A stretch of DNA of 64,000 nt from Nymphaea colorata (Eukaryota): positions 14,756,001 to 14,820,000 of the forward strand of contig NC_045138.2 of assembly GCF_008831285.2 (NCBI RefSeq), in the 5' to 3' direction. The notes under the pieces were generated by a model, which saw only the letters and a program-made list of their open reading frames with translations, was not told the DNA's origin and did no database searches. Made by a program: the position numbers and the translations under genes. Below are positions 1 to 11,300 of the stretch, in pieces (position 1 is the stretch's first letter; every line of letters starts with the position of its first letter).

Positions 1-148
1 TGATTGTTTCTTTAAGATTGTGGTTGTGTCTTGTTTGGGAACTGTCTTAAGATTTCCTGTAAAACTCACACAATTTCCTGATTGTGTAAGATCTAACTAT
101 TTTCAGATTTTCTGTGTGGTAATCCATTTTGCTTCACTTTTTTGGCAG

Positions 149-456
149 GAAATAAGAGCTCTATTTCCTTCTGACTACAACCCATTTTATGCTGGATTTG
201 GGAACAGAGACACTGATGAGCTCAGCTACAGGAAGATTGGTATACCAAAAGGAAAAATATTTATTATAAATCCCAAGGTTAGATCCCTGATTTGCCAGCT
301 GCTAATATGTTTCTATTTTTGTTTAATTCTAAATGATCTTCTCATGTTGAATTTGAGCAGGGTGAAGTGGCCATTGATAATTGCGTTGATTCAAGGTCAT
401 ATTGTTCTTTGCATACGCTAGTGAATGATATGTTCCCCCCAACGTCTCCGGAGCAG
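149..456 (+). CDS. PAH: Lipin/phosphatidate phosphatase (PAH1/PAH2-like), two 3' exons (149-277, 361-456); gene extends upstream of the window and its usual terminal exon is not found
   Basis: Exons translate to [75 protein letters not shown], the C-terminal part of the lipin LNS2 domain. Both have AG/GT boundaries and the frame is preserved. Confidence 0.9.
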
Positions 457-859
457 GTTTGTTTCTCTCCACTTTTCCTTTTCTTTGCCCTGTTTTGGGT
501 TATGTGCTTGCTTTCTGGCTGCCTATAAACAGTGGAATTGATGGTCAGATTAGTGTTGATAAAGTTGTTAATGATAATGATTGGTTGTTGGATTAGTGTT
601 GATAAAATTTTTAGGCTTGTTGCTGTGAATCGATTTTGCAACTTGTCTTAGCGGAAATAGCTTTCATGGGTAATGTTGAATGATCTTATGCATTATATCA
701 TGTTGAACTTGGTTTTTCTTGTATATTTCTTAATCAGCGTGCTCTATATATTTCTTAGCGGAAACAGCTTTCATGTATATTTCTTAATCAGCGTGCTTGT
801 ATAGTTTTTCTTGTTAGATCATGTTGAACTTGGTTCCTCTTCCTTGTGTACGTGGTTTA

Positions 860-1093
860 AATCTAAAAAAATATTTCCTTATTATCAAACCAAGAATTAA
901 TTTTATGAAAATCTAGAAATATATTTCTTTTTCATCAAACATAGAAATATATTTCTGGAAACATATTTCCAAATCATCACACACACATCAAAATTGGAAT
1001 CGGAAAACTTTTTCCCATTCCATTTTTCCATTTCCTATATTTCCGGAAATATATTTCCAGAAATATATTTACAGGCCATCAAACGGCCCCTTA
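860..1093. mobile_element. Right terminus of a PIF/Harbinger (Tourist-type) element
   Basis: CCATCAAACGGCCCC (1076-1090; reverse complement GGGGCCGTTTGATGG) is followed directly by TTA, the typical PIF/Harbinger TIR plus TSD. Several GAAATATATTTC subterminal repeats lie at 916-1068. Confidence 0.7.
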
Positions 1094-2975
1094 TATAAAT
1101 AATATGGATTTCTCCAAGTGTAAGAAGAATCCATCTCACACATGCAGCCCAATGTATTTTTTTTGTTTGGGTTGTGTTAATGAGGTGGTATATATATATT
1201 GAAAATCATTTTAATGTATAGAATTTACAGATTTCTCCAATCTAAGTTTAGACTGAAAATCTTTAATCCTCAGCACACCACTCGATACAATGTACATGTA
1301 CACTCATTTTCTCTTTTTGACTAGTGTACAAACAAGGCAAGTGTAAAACAAATTTAATAGCCCATGCTTAAGAAAATTAGAATAATAACAGTACATCTAT
1401 TAATTTTCCAACCAGCCACTCACCCCTAACTTCCAAAATAAAAATGCAAAATAAAATTTATTTTGACTTTAAAAATAAAAAAATGAAAAAAGAGAGAAAG
1501 GATTTCTAATTTCACTCAAAATTTTTAGACTAAAAGTAAAGGAACATCAATGGCTCAGCTTGCCCCCCTAATAAAATCAGTTAGAGGTGCTTCTTTTCCT
1601 TTATTTTGCTCAAGCAAACTACACTATAAACTAAAGTTGTCTGACAATTATGTGTGCTAAAATTAAAATATGAAAAAGAATACATTCTTTTTTTCCTTTT
1701 AATTTAGCAAGCCACCACCAATGGAGCCGATGCCTCCATCATATCATCGAGTTGTCATAGCCAGCCTATCAATTAAAAGTAGAAGACTTTAGAAGAAAAA
1801 ACAAAAAAAAGATAAAAAGAGTAACTCAACACTGATGAAGAAGAGGTAATCTAGATAGGCAAGTATAGTTCCATATATATTTCCTCAACCTACAAGTCAT
1901 TTCTTTGCTATTGAAATGAGAGTGTGTGAAGGACAAGAAATCATAAACAACTTTTAACAAACAAACATGAGAAAATGCACCACATGGTTTTAAGCCTGAC
2001 GTTTAAGTTCTCAGCAGCTCGAATATGCATCCCAATGTAATCACTTTTATTCGTTAACACGTTTGTTGTCAAATTCCAATTCAGATGAGTAGGCTCTCAT
2101 GAATGGATTTTGTTCACATTTATTCCCAGATTTTCCTTTTTCAATTTCACATTTTTGGTGCAATCAATAAAAACTTTTCTAGATTCTTAGGCCAACTACC
2201 TAAAATCTCATTCCATTCCCTATGTTTATATATCAGGCTCCTACAAACCGATCATTTGTGTATAGAGATTATTATTATTATTATGCATGTAAAAAAAAAC
2301 AAAATATAAAAGATGGTGCACCCTAAAAAATCCAATATACTTTCTACTTCTGTTAGGACACTGAATTTCTTCTGTTAGGTTAAATAATCATCTTCAAACC
2401 TGCGATTGGTGGTAACAGAGTCACAAGCCTCATACGGTCAAATCTCCATCAACAACAGTCACATGCATAAGAAAGCATTACTTTCATAAAGACGTTTGTC
2501 ACATGTCACACATTTTTGTTATATAACTGGTGATCTATTTGTCTTGAGTGACGATCAACACCTAAAAAAATCACACAACTTCAAAAATGTTGTGGTCAAA
2601 GCAAAGGTGTAATGTCATAATCACCCCAAAAGAGATCGCACACTTTTAGTCGTTCTTATTCATTCTCTCCTCATCAATGCAAAAAGCAAAGAAAAATGAT
2701 TCACGTTATTAGTGATGTATGAAAGAATTCTCATAGAGTTCAAAATTAAAAAGAAAAAATAAACTAAGTTCATACAACACAAATGCTGCTTGGAATTAGT
2801 CGAAGCAAATCACAATTGCTGAGTATGGATTAAGAGAGGGAAAAAAAAGAGTTAACCTAGTTTGTTTCTTTTTGACGAGTTGATGATCGACTAGTTGATG
2901 ATCGACTAGTTGAGATTCTGACATTTTAAGGTCAATGTTCAAGCTAGTAAATCTCAACGTCTTAGTCAATAGTCA

Positions 2976-3105
2976 TTTGGCAGTAGAGATACTCTCATGA
3001 AACAGTCCCAACGAATGAACCATGTTCATGAGATAATTAAACGTGAACTTACTCATTCGTTGGGACAGATTCACGAGACATTGATAAAGTGTTTTTGTTG
3101 CCAAA
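2976..3105. repeat. Fold-back (MITE-like) inverted repeat
   Basis: Inner arms TCTCATGAAACAGTCCCAACGAATGA and TCATTCGTTGGGACAGATTCACGAGA pair at 23/26. Outer arms TTTGGCAGTAGAGATACT and AGTGTTTTTGTTGCCAAA pair more loosely. Confidence 0.65.
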
Positions 3106-3418
3106 CAACATTTCAAGTTTCAATATATAACTAATTAAGTCATTAATTTTGATTTATATGTACGTTGAACATTATTTTTGGCCAGCCAGTACTCCAATGC
3201 ACTTAGATGCAGAATTGAGCTAGGTCTCCTGATCAAATATTATTGGTACGGATCAAGATGTTGGCTGCGTTTGACCAGACTGACTTACGGCACTGTAGCC
3301 GTTGTCGGGTTTGACAAAACAGACTGGCTAAGAAGGCAAGCAGTAGATGGAAGGACATTAGAAAGTAGCCAGGCTGTCTGTTTATTCTCCTCTTTCTCTA
3401 TAATTCGCTTCTTTATAG

Positions 3419-3770
3419 CGTGTTTAAAGGGAGTAGTTGCCCATTTGAACACTCAGATCGATTTGTATGAGCAGCAGATCCAGTGTAGGGTGTAAAAAGC
3501 TTGGTGGTCAACCAGAAGGCGGTGAACCTGAAAAGGATCCTGGGATTGGGGTTGCAGAAGGTGGGGGTGATGGGGCTGCCGCCGGTGGGCTGCATCTCCC
3601 TGAGTACGGCCAACTCATCCTACACTCGCTACGATGCCTCCGGCAATAGGCTTGTCACCTATCACAATAGCCTACTGCAGAAGGCCATCGACGCCATCAA
3701 GGTGCCCTCAGCCGCCCATCCGCCATCGCCGTTCTTGATCTCTACGCTCCCTTCACCTCCGCGCTACAGG
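3419..3770 (+). pseudogene. GDSL esterase/lipase fragment (degenerate)
   Basis: VFKGVVAHLNTQIDLYEQQIQ..* is followed in another frame by VVNQKAVNLKRILGLGLQKVGVMGLPPVGC...YHNSLLQKAI, resembling GDSL motifs (xxQIDxF; LxxLGxxKxxVxGLPPxGC; xHNxxL). There is a stop at 3493-3495, the GxNDY block is missing and no other exons are seen. Confidence 0.8.
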
Positions 3771-6202
3771 GTTTGCATCCTTTCCCCCTTCCCCTGCTTT
3801 CTTGATTCGTCTTTCTGATCTGTTGATTATACAAAATTTAACAACTGACCTAACTGGCCCCCCTCTCCTCCATACATTACATCGACTGATGACGCAACCA
3901 ACTCCTATGTTGACACCAAAACTGCTACTGTCTATGCATTTGGAGAAAGAAAGGGAATCCAACCGACTCCCCACAAAACTTGGATTCAGGCTTCGGGTGG
4001 GACCCACTACAAGAATTTGACATGGTGGTGTTCCCTGTTTTTCTTCTTAAAAGTTTTTTTTTTTTTGGTTGGAAATATTCAAATGAAAAATAGTTGAAAA
4101 AAAAAAGATTTACTCATTTGAGCTTTATCTCGCTGCCACGACCACGATTGAATTGAATAGGAAACTTTAGCTTCATCCTTAGCTTTTTCTTTTCCGAAAT
4201 GAAAGTATAAAGTTGCATCGTCCATTCAAGTGGAATCAGACAATAACGGATGCATCGGTCGTCGGTACTCGGTAGAACCCCGAAGCTGATGCCCTTATCA
4301 TAATCTATTGAAGTTCATGTTAGCGGCAACACCTTTCTTTCTTCTTCCCCTTCCTCTGCTAGCATACATGATTGAACGTTGATCTGCTCCAAAAGGTATT
4401 GGGAACACTACATGATTAACATTTATGTGAAGATCGGAATCTGACAGTCGCCAAAATTGATTCACCTTTTCCTGTAACTGCGAAACAATTGTGGCCTCTG
4501 CATATTTCTATGGTTTTTGAACCCATGGTTGTATTTGGGATTGCACTAAAACTTGCTTCCATGTATTAATTCATCCATATGTCAAATCCTAATGCCATGT
4601 TAAGGCTATACATTGCCCAACTAGGACCCGGACTCAGCATCATGAGGTACCTGCCATGCCATGGCCGAGTCAGGCAACCTGCCTGCACAGACAAGCCCGG
4701 TTCAGCTTTATATTGTTCAACATATGACCAGGTCAAAGTCAGGCTGACAATTTTCAAGGTGGGTGCCATGGGCGGCCCCAGCAGCGGCATGCCATAAGGT
4801 TAAAATTTTCATGAGGGTGAGCAGAAATTTGAGCATAGGAATGATTTGACATGACCCAAAACGTCATGTTGAACCCAATCTCTAAGATGATACATTACCA
4901 ACCAAAGATTACAATTTTTTGAAGTTTCTACTTGTGAACACAACAGTTAACTCGACATAGTTCGTTACCAAAAATGATCATGAACCCCATCGATTATTAC
5001 GTAAAAAATGGATCCGACAGCAATTAAAACTAATAACTACATTTTATTGGAGTACGGCCTAAAGTTATGGTTCACCTCGGACATCCAAGTGCAATAAATT
5101 TATGATTCATCTTAAAAGATATTCCTTAATTGAAAGCCAAAGGTATTCCTTAAAAGATATGCAGCTCAACCAACTATTATTCAGTTTATTAGCTCACCAA
5201 CTGGGATTTGTTTGGGTACATGAATGGCGGAGCAAACCAAAGTTTAATATGTTACATTTGCCTTAAAATCGTCAGATCACCAATTCCAGCGTGATGTCAT
5301 ATTGAAGATCTTGCTTTTTTCTATTTTTCAAATTCACTTGATCAGCATATCAGATATGTTCATAATAAAAATGATTTTATGCATGTATCTAAACGCAACC
5401 AAAGTTCAGAGCTTGGTTCACGAAGCGATCAAGTGTTTTTGCTTTCTTGAATGTAGGTTAGATGTATGTTTGTCAGGCAGAATTTCGAAGAAACACAAGG
5501 CAGTGCAAGAATAGTTCTAACTTCAAATTTCCAAACTTCGTACGCACATTTTGAAGAGGCTAAGTTGAAATTTTGTTTAGTACCAAAATGAAGGCATCAA
5601 AACAAGGAGCCGGATAACAAGGAAAAGGAACCAAGTGCCCATGCCACATCCCATGAAATGTACTTTGTAAAAGGAAGGTCCTTTTCTATGTGTAATTGCC
5701 AGATGTAAGTGCAAGCTTTTAGAAAATTAGAAAAAGCTTTCAAGAAACTTGTTGCTGTGACAAAAGCTTTCTGCAAGCGCCACTGCGTAGTTCGATTAAC
5801 GGTGTCAGAGATGGGACTGGGTTTTCAGAAGCAATCGCGTCAGTTCCAAGAGTCCCATGGATCATTTGATTGCTGCGATGGTCTCTCGCAACTTGCCAGC
5901 AATAACTTGTTGATACCCTTCACGAAGCAGAAGCTGCTTTTCCTTCTGCAATCAACAATTTTCTCTCAGAAGCACCTTTCATTTTGATGACCCATATATG
6001 GGCAACTTTGCACTTGCCCTGCTCGAACAAACTGCAAAAAACTCGGAGCAGAGAAGCCCATTCTAGAACTGCTGATGGCGAATGCCGATCTACTTTTTTT
6101 TTTTTTGCTAATAATGGGACAGCATTCCATCACTAGGATCCCCTGTTGTTTGCTAAATTGAGATGGACCACACCAAGGATAAGAATATCCGCTACTAAAA
6201 AG

Positions 6203-6207
<5 letters not shown>

Positions 6208-6269
<62 letters not shown>
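6208..6269. repeat. (TA)n microsatellite; similar tracts near 17430, 34610, 34883, 35593, 38591, 56990 and 57940
   Basis: Direct reading of the sequence. Confidence 0.95.
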
Positions 6270-6270
<1 letters not shown>

Positions 6271-7210
6271 TGTGTCATTGTGTGTGTATGAATTCAGAGA
6301 ACTACAAATATGACTGCAATTACCGTAGGTATGCCGTCCAAATAGAATAGCATGAGGACCAAGTCAATTACCTCCGCACGCGACATAGGTGCCATACACC
6401 ACATTTTTCTACACCCCGTGGCGGTTAAGTCAAGAAAACAAACAGTTTTTCCGCTACGAAGAAATCCATGATAGAAAATAATGGGCATAGGCAGACCTAA
6501 GCGGTTGTCACAGTGGGGCTCTGCCACGCATGGAAGATCAAGATTAATTCGATTCTCATAAGCTATAGATGTACCAATCTAAGGTCAAGAAAGTACGTCC
6601 AACGGGTTAACTATGGTTATTTTCAGGAGGAGCTCACCTCTCTAGTTACTGTCACGTATATTCAGGCCAGTACAATAAAGGTGCATAAGAAATGGAGGGG
6701 GGTTTTAGTGATCTCCTGCCTACCGCAGCTTACTGTTGCAAAAATTAGCTGGTTATGGCAGCTTTAGCCATCATTCTCAACATCATGAACGGAGGGAACA
6801 GCCACCCTTAAGAAATTAACTCGGAATTGGTACGTTTCCAACTGTTGATATCATTTTTGGACAGTTTGTTTGGCCCACCGGATCAACGCACATAGGAGAA
6901 AGCTGCTAATCAATATTTGAGCAAAAAGCAGACTGGTTCATTTTGCAATATATGTTGCTATGCATATCGTATCACGCTGATGATCGTATTCACTGTAAGG
7001 GGGCAAAAATTGGTAGCATAATTTCTACGGTGTTGCTGCGGAGGTATCACCACCAATCTCATCATAGAGGTATACGTGCATCGTTGCAGTTAACTTTGTC
7101 GACTGTCACTTGCAGATGCAAAAATCGATCATCATGTGTCATGGTTACCACCATCAAAGTGCATGGGTTTTCTTGTGATGCTGAAGGTACCATGAAACGT
7201 AACCATGGTT

Positions 7211-7579
7211 TTAGTGCTCATGAGTTGAAACTTCACTATCATCCCCACTACTCATGAGCTCAATTGCTCTCTTCTTCTCACCTTTTCCATTAATAGAGGA
7301 GCAAATTGTGATCCCTATCCTTGAAGATGCGTCTGATGGTTCATTTTCTTTCCATGAACTTGAACACCATTTTTTCCTTCCAAACTTTCTCATTTCAACA
7401 TCATTGTCAACCTCTATAATCTTACCTTCCTGCATATTTGAACTCTTCATTCTTGTCTTGAGCTTCTCTGTGTGATCACTGCCCTCCTCCTCTTCGCTCA
7501 AAAGAATGACTTCTTTGGTTCTTTTGCATTTTTTACTACTTGAACAATGGAGAACTCTTGCATTAGGAGGAAGAGACAT
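7211..7579 (-). other. Unassigned 122-aa charged ORF, possibly the start of a decayed gene
   Basis: ATG-initiated ORF rich in K/E/S with a CT-rich upstream leader. No domain recognised, and downstream frames are interrupted by stops. Confidence 0.25.
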
Positions 7580-8306
7580 TTAGTGGGACAGTGCAACAAG
7601 AGAAAACAGTTCAGGAGGATGGATGGAGAGAGAAAGAGAGAGTTTCTGCTGGTATGGAATAACGTGCTTCAGCTGGCCTCCAATGAGAGAGTATCTGCTG
7701 GCAAGATGGAAAAAAAAAAGTGAAGAGAAATTTAGCGGGAGAAAGGGAGAGAGTTTTTGTAAGAGAAGAAAAATGGAATAGCGTGAAATCGAACAAAAGA
7801 AGAAAAAGAAAAAAAATGGAATAACGTGAGAGTGACACGTTTGACGCCTTCCCAGCTGCCCCGCACAGGACAACACGCAACTAAACGTCTGATAGTTGAG
7901 GAGGAAGAAACTCAACGTATGAGAGAAGAAGAAGAAGACCGGGAAAAGGCGACTCCCTTAATAAAGCGCATAAAAGACAGTAACCATGGTTTTAGTCCTC
8001 GGTACTTCATCTCCTTTGATTCTGACCAGTTATCCAGAAGACAAATTGGTAACACAATAAAAAACATGCTGAGGCTACAAATGGATTTTCACTTGGAAAA
8101 GGATGCCCGGAGAGAGCATTCTGCAATTTTATTTCACACCATTGTCAGATTATACATACAATGAAAGAATGAATCGCTATGCGCAATATACCAGGCCAGC
8201 AGACGACAGCCTCAAGACCCAAACAGACGGGGCTGTCAGGAAAGATACTAACAATTAGGTAACTTCCAAAGCTGCCTCCTCACATATTTACACTTTGTAC
8301 ATCATC

Positions 8307-11300
8307 CTATTCTTCAAGCAAAGAATTGTTGGAACTGTACACCTGCACGCACCAAACTGAGTTAACACAACACATACAACGAAAATAGCGAAATGAGGAG
8401 AGAATACAATAAGAGGCTATGCTTTTCTAAGAATGGCTAACTTACATAATACAAGCTGTTATCAGCCATAAAACAAATATATGAAGCACTTCTACCTCTG
8501 CACAGAGAAAATGTAGGATCAGAAACAGGTGTAGCAAATACTAATGTAATGGCTGACAAACATGGAGTATTAAATATGCTATATCAAGAGAGAAGGAAAA
8601 GAAGTTACAGAAAAAAGTATAATACCATGGGTTTATGATGCAGACTAGAGGGACCAGAATACTTCTCCATAGATTCTCTCTTGCGCTCTGGATCGAGGCT
8701 GAAACATAAAAATGATTTATTGGACACCAAAAGTACAGGATCCATATGAAGAATCCAAAAATATGCTTACCTGTTTCTTACACCGAGGAGAGCACAATGT
8801 ATTGCACCAACTGCTGCAGTAGCAGGAGCCACAGCAGCAGCAGGGGCAGACTTGGCAGCACTTGCCAGAGCTGATCCAGCACTCGCACCACGGTTGTATG
8901 ACTTCATGGGATTTCCAACCAACGCAGATGCAGACTTTCCAAAACCATGAGCAAGGGTTTTGTATGCCTGTCAATTTCAAGAGGAATGAAAACTATCACT
9001 TGGAACAAACTGAGCATATCTGAGATTAACAAAATCTAATAGCTGACAGTCAATGGTGGTTTCACACAGTAACAAAATTGTAAATAATGCCTGTTTTCCA
9101 GATTTAGAAACATGCTTTTACTGCAGGAAAGGATGTAACTAGTAAAACCAGATAGAAGACTCGGCACAATTACCTGTTGTACTCCTTCTTGTGCATTATT
9201 TGGCTGATTGACTCGCACAGCAGCATCTTCTCTGTCTCTAGAAGCTGTGTGTACTGAAGGTGGCACATTTTGAAGAATATACTCTGTCTGAAGAAGCATA
9301 TCATGGGCTCCACCAGCCAAGTGTACACCTAAAGCAACCGCTTCAAGTGATACACTCCTAAGAAATGTAATGGCACCTGAGGATCATGACGCTTATCATT
9401 AACATAAAACACAGCCACGTCCAACATTAAAGCAGTACTAGTAGTAAACAAAGTAGAAAATACAAATTTACTGTCATCCACAAACCATATAATCATAATA
9501 GTCAGAATGGTTGAGTAACGTCAAATTTTCATCCATTGTTCTTTAACTGTGCTTTTAGACCCAGAATTTAAAAAAAAAAATTGGTTCTTCCCAGGTTTTC
9601 TCTCTTACCTCTCCTCTCCTCCCCTCTCCTCTCCTGGACCTCATCCTCTTGTTTGATCTCTTTCTTTATCTCTTATTTCTTAAATTGCCATTACGCTGTC
9701 TCAAAAGTGACCAAACTTTTACTGATCTTATTATTTCCTAAATCACCATTATGCTGCTTAGAGGAGTGACCAACTTTCATGGATCTTGCAAATAATCAAT
9801 ATGTGTTTTGTGTACATAGGCCTCACCAAGATCGATAGTAAGCAACAGATCCTATTGGATCCTCAGGGAAAGGAAAGCTTTGTGGATGCAAGTTTGCCAC
9901 AAAATAGATAAGCAGCGTCCATCCATTGGATTATACCTCTTTGTAAACCCTTGAGCAGCTTGTGGTCCTTCCTGTAGTTTGTAACCGGTAATGATATCAA
10001 CTTAGCAGCCCCAGAGCCAACAGAACACAAGGACCTAACTGGAACCAACCCTTTAATTAACTCACGGACCTGCAAAATAGTATATGTGTCTACATAAGGG
10101 GAAGCAACAGTAAAATTGAAACTAATGAACTACCTATTTCATACTTTCTCTAAGCATAAAAGGTTCAACAAACCTGATTATGAGAGATATCTTCCAACCA
10201 TTCACCAATTACTGTTTCACAAACACTATTCCATCCATAAATGCCAGCAGCATGGACATACTTGAGTCGTAACTCAATTCCCTGAATAAAATATTCAGCA
10301 CCAACCATTAGTCAACATGAACTAGTCTACTGAAAACACCTATACAGATGCATAAGTCCTAAGAACTGGTATCCTGATGCAGTAATGCGAGGTCCTCACT
10401 CTAATTCCCAGGAAATGCAAATCAAAGAGGACTAGAAAGCAAACTGAATGAACGAAAGAAAAGAAGAGAACTTAAAAAAAATAAAATTAGGGTTTAAAAT
10501 TGATCAATCTACAATATTCCTCTCAAAGAACAATCATGTCTTAAATAGCACAGTTTAACAATTTTGATTTTGGATCCAAGTTAGAAAATAAAAGTGTGCT
10601 AGGAATAACTCAAATAGAACCAATTAAAAAGCAGATCCAACTTTCAGTCTAATCCAAAAGATCAGCTCTGTGTCACACCCTCAAACTGCAAATGAAGCAT
10701 GAAAAAGAACAAAAAAGGGAATTGGTCAAGAAGAATACAGTGAAGACCTACAATTCAACTTTTGGCTGCAGTTTGCTATTAAGAGATCTGTCTGATAAGA
10801 TTGTCAAACCATGGCCGAGGAAAAGAATACAGAGGAGATTCCAAAATAAAGAAAAAAGAGGGAGAAGAAGAGGAGGTGGCAGGTGCAGAAGACTATAGAA
10901 TGTAATGGACCAGAATTGCCACCCTTTCATATCCTTATGAAGAAGAACTGGGCTGAATGCTGAACTCATACTGAATACATAACATAGAACCTCTGCACCT
11001 TTGACAAAACATGAATAAATCTTAATATTAACTGTCTGGCAGCAACTATCCCAATGGTTGCCCTCAGACAAAACCCACCCTTTAAACTAGGAACACAAAG
11101 TGCTTTGTACTTGAACCAGTAATGTCTCATTCTCTTACAAATTGGATGTAGAGGCATGTCTCTTTTTTCCTATTGAAAGTAAAAGTCATAATTCTTCTGA
11201 AAGTGATTGCAATCTAAGTTGCATTGCACCTCCAGATTGACAACCGCCATTACAGAAGAAATAAAACAATTCCACAAGTTCAAACATAGAGAGCAGCATC

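Noticed and set aside
5709..6050. Exon-like GC-balanced tract
   Set aside because: The minus frames I translated contain stops and the plus-strand ORF matches no family I recognise.
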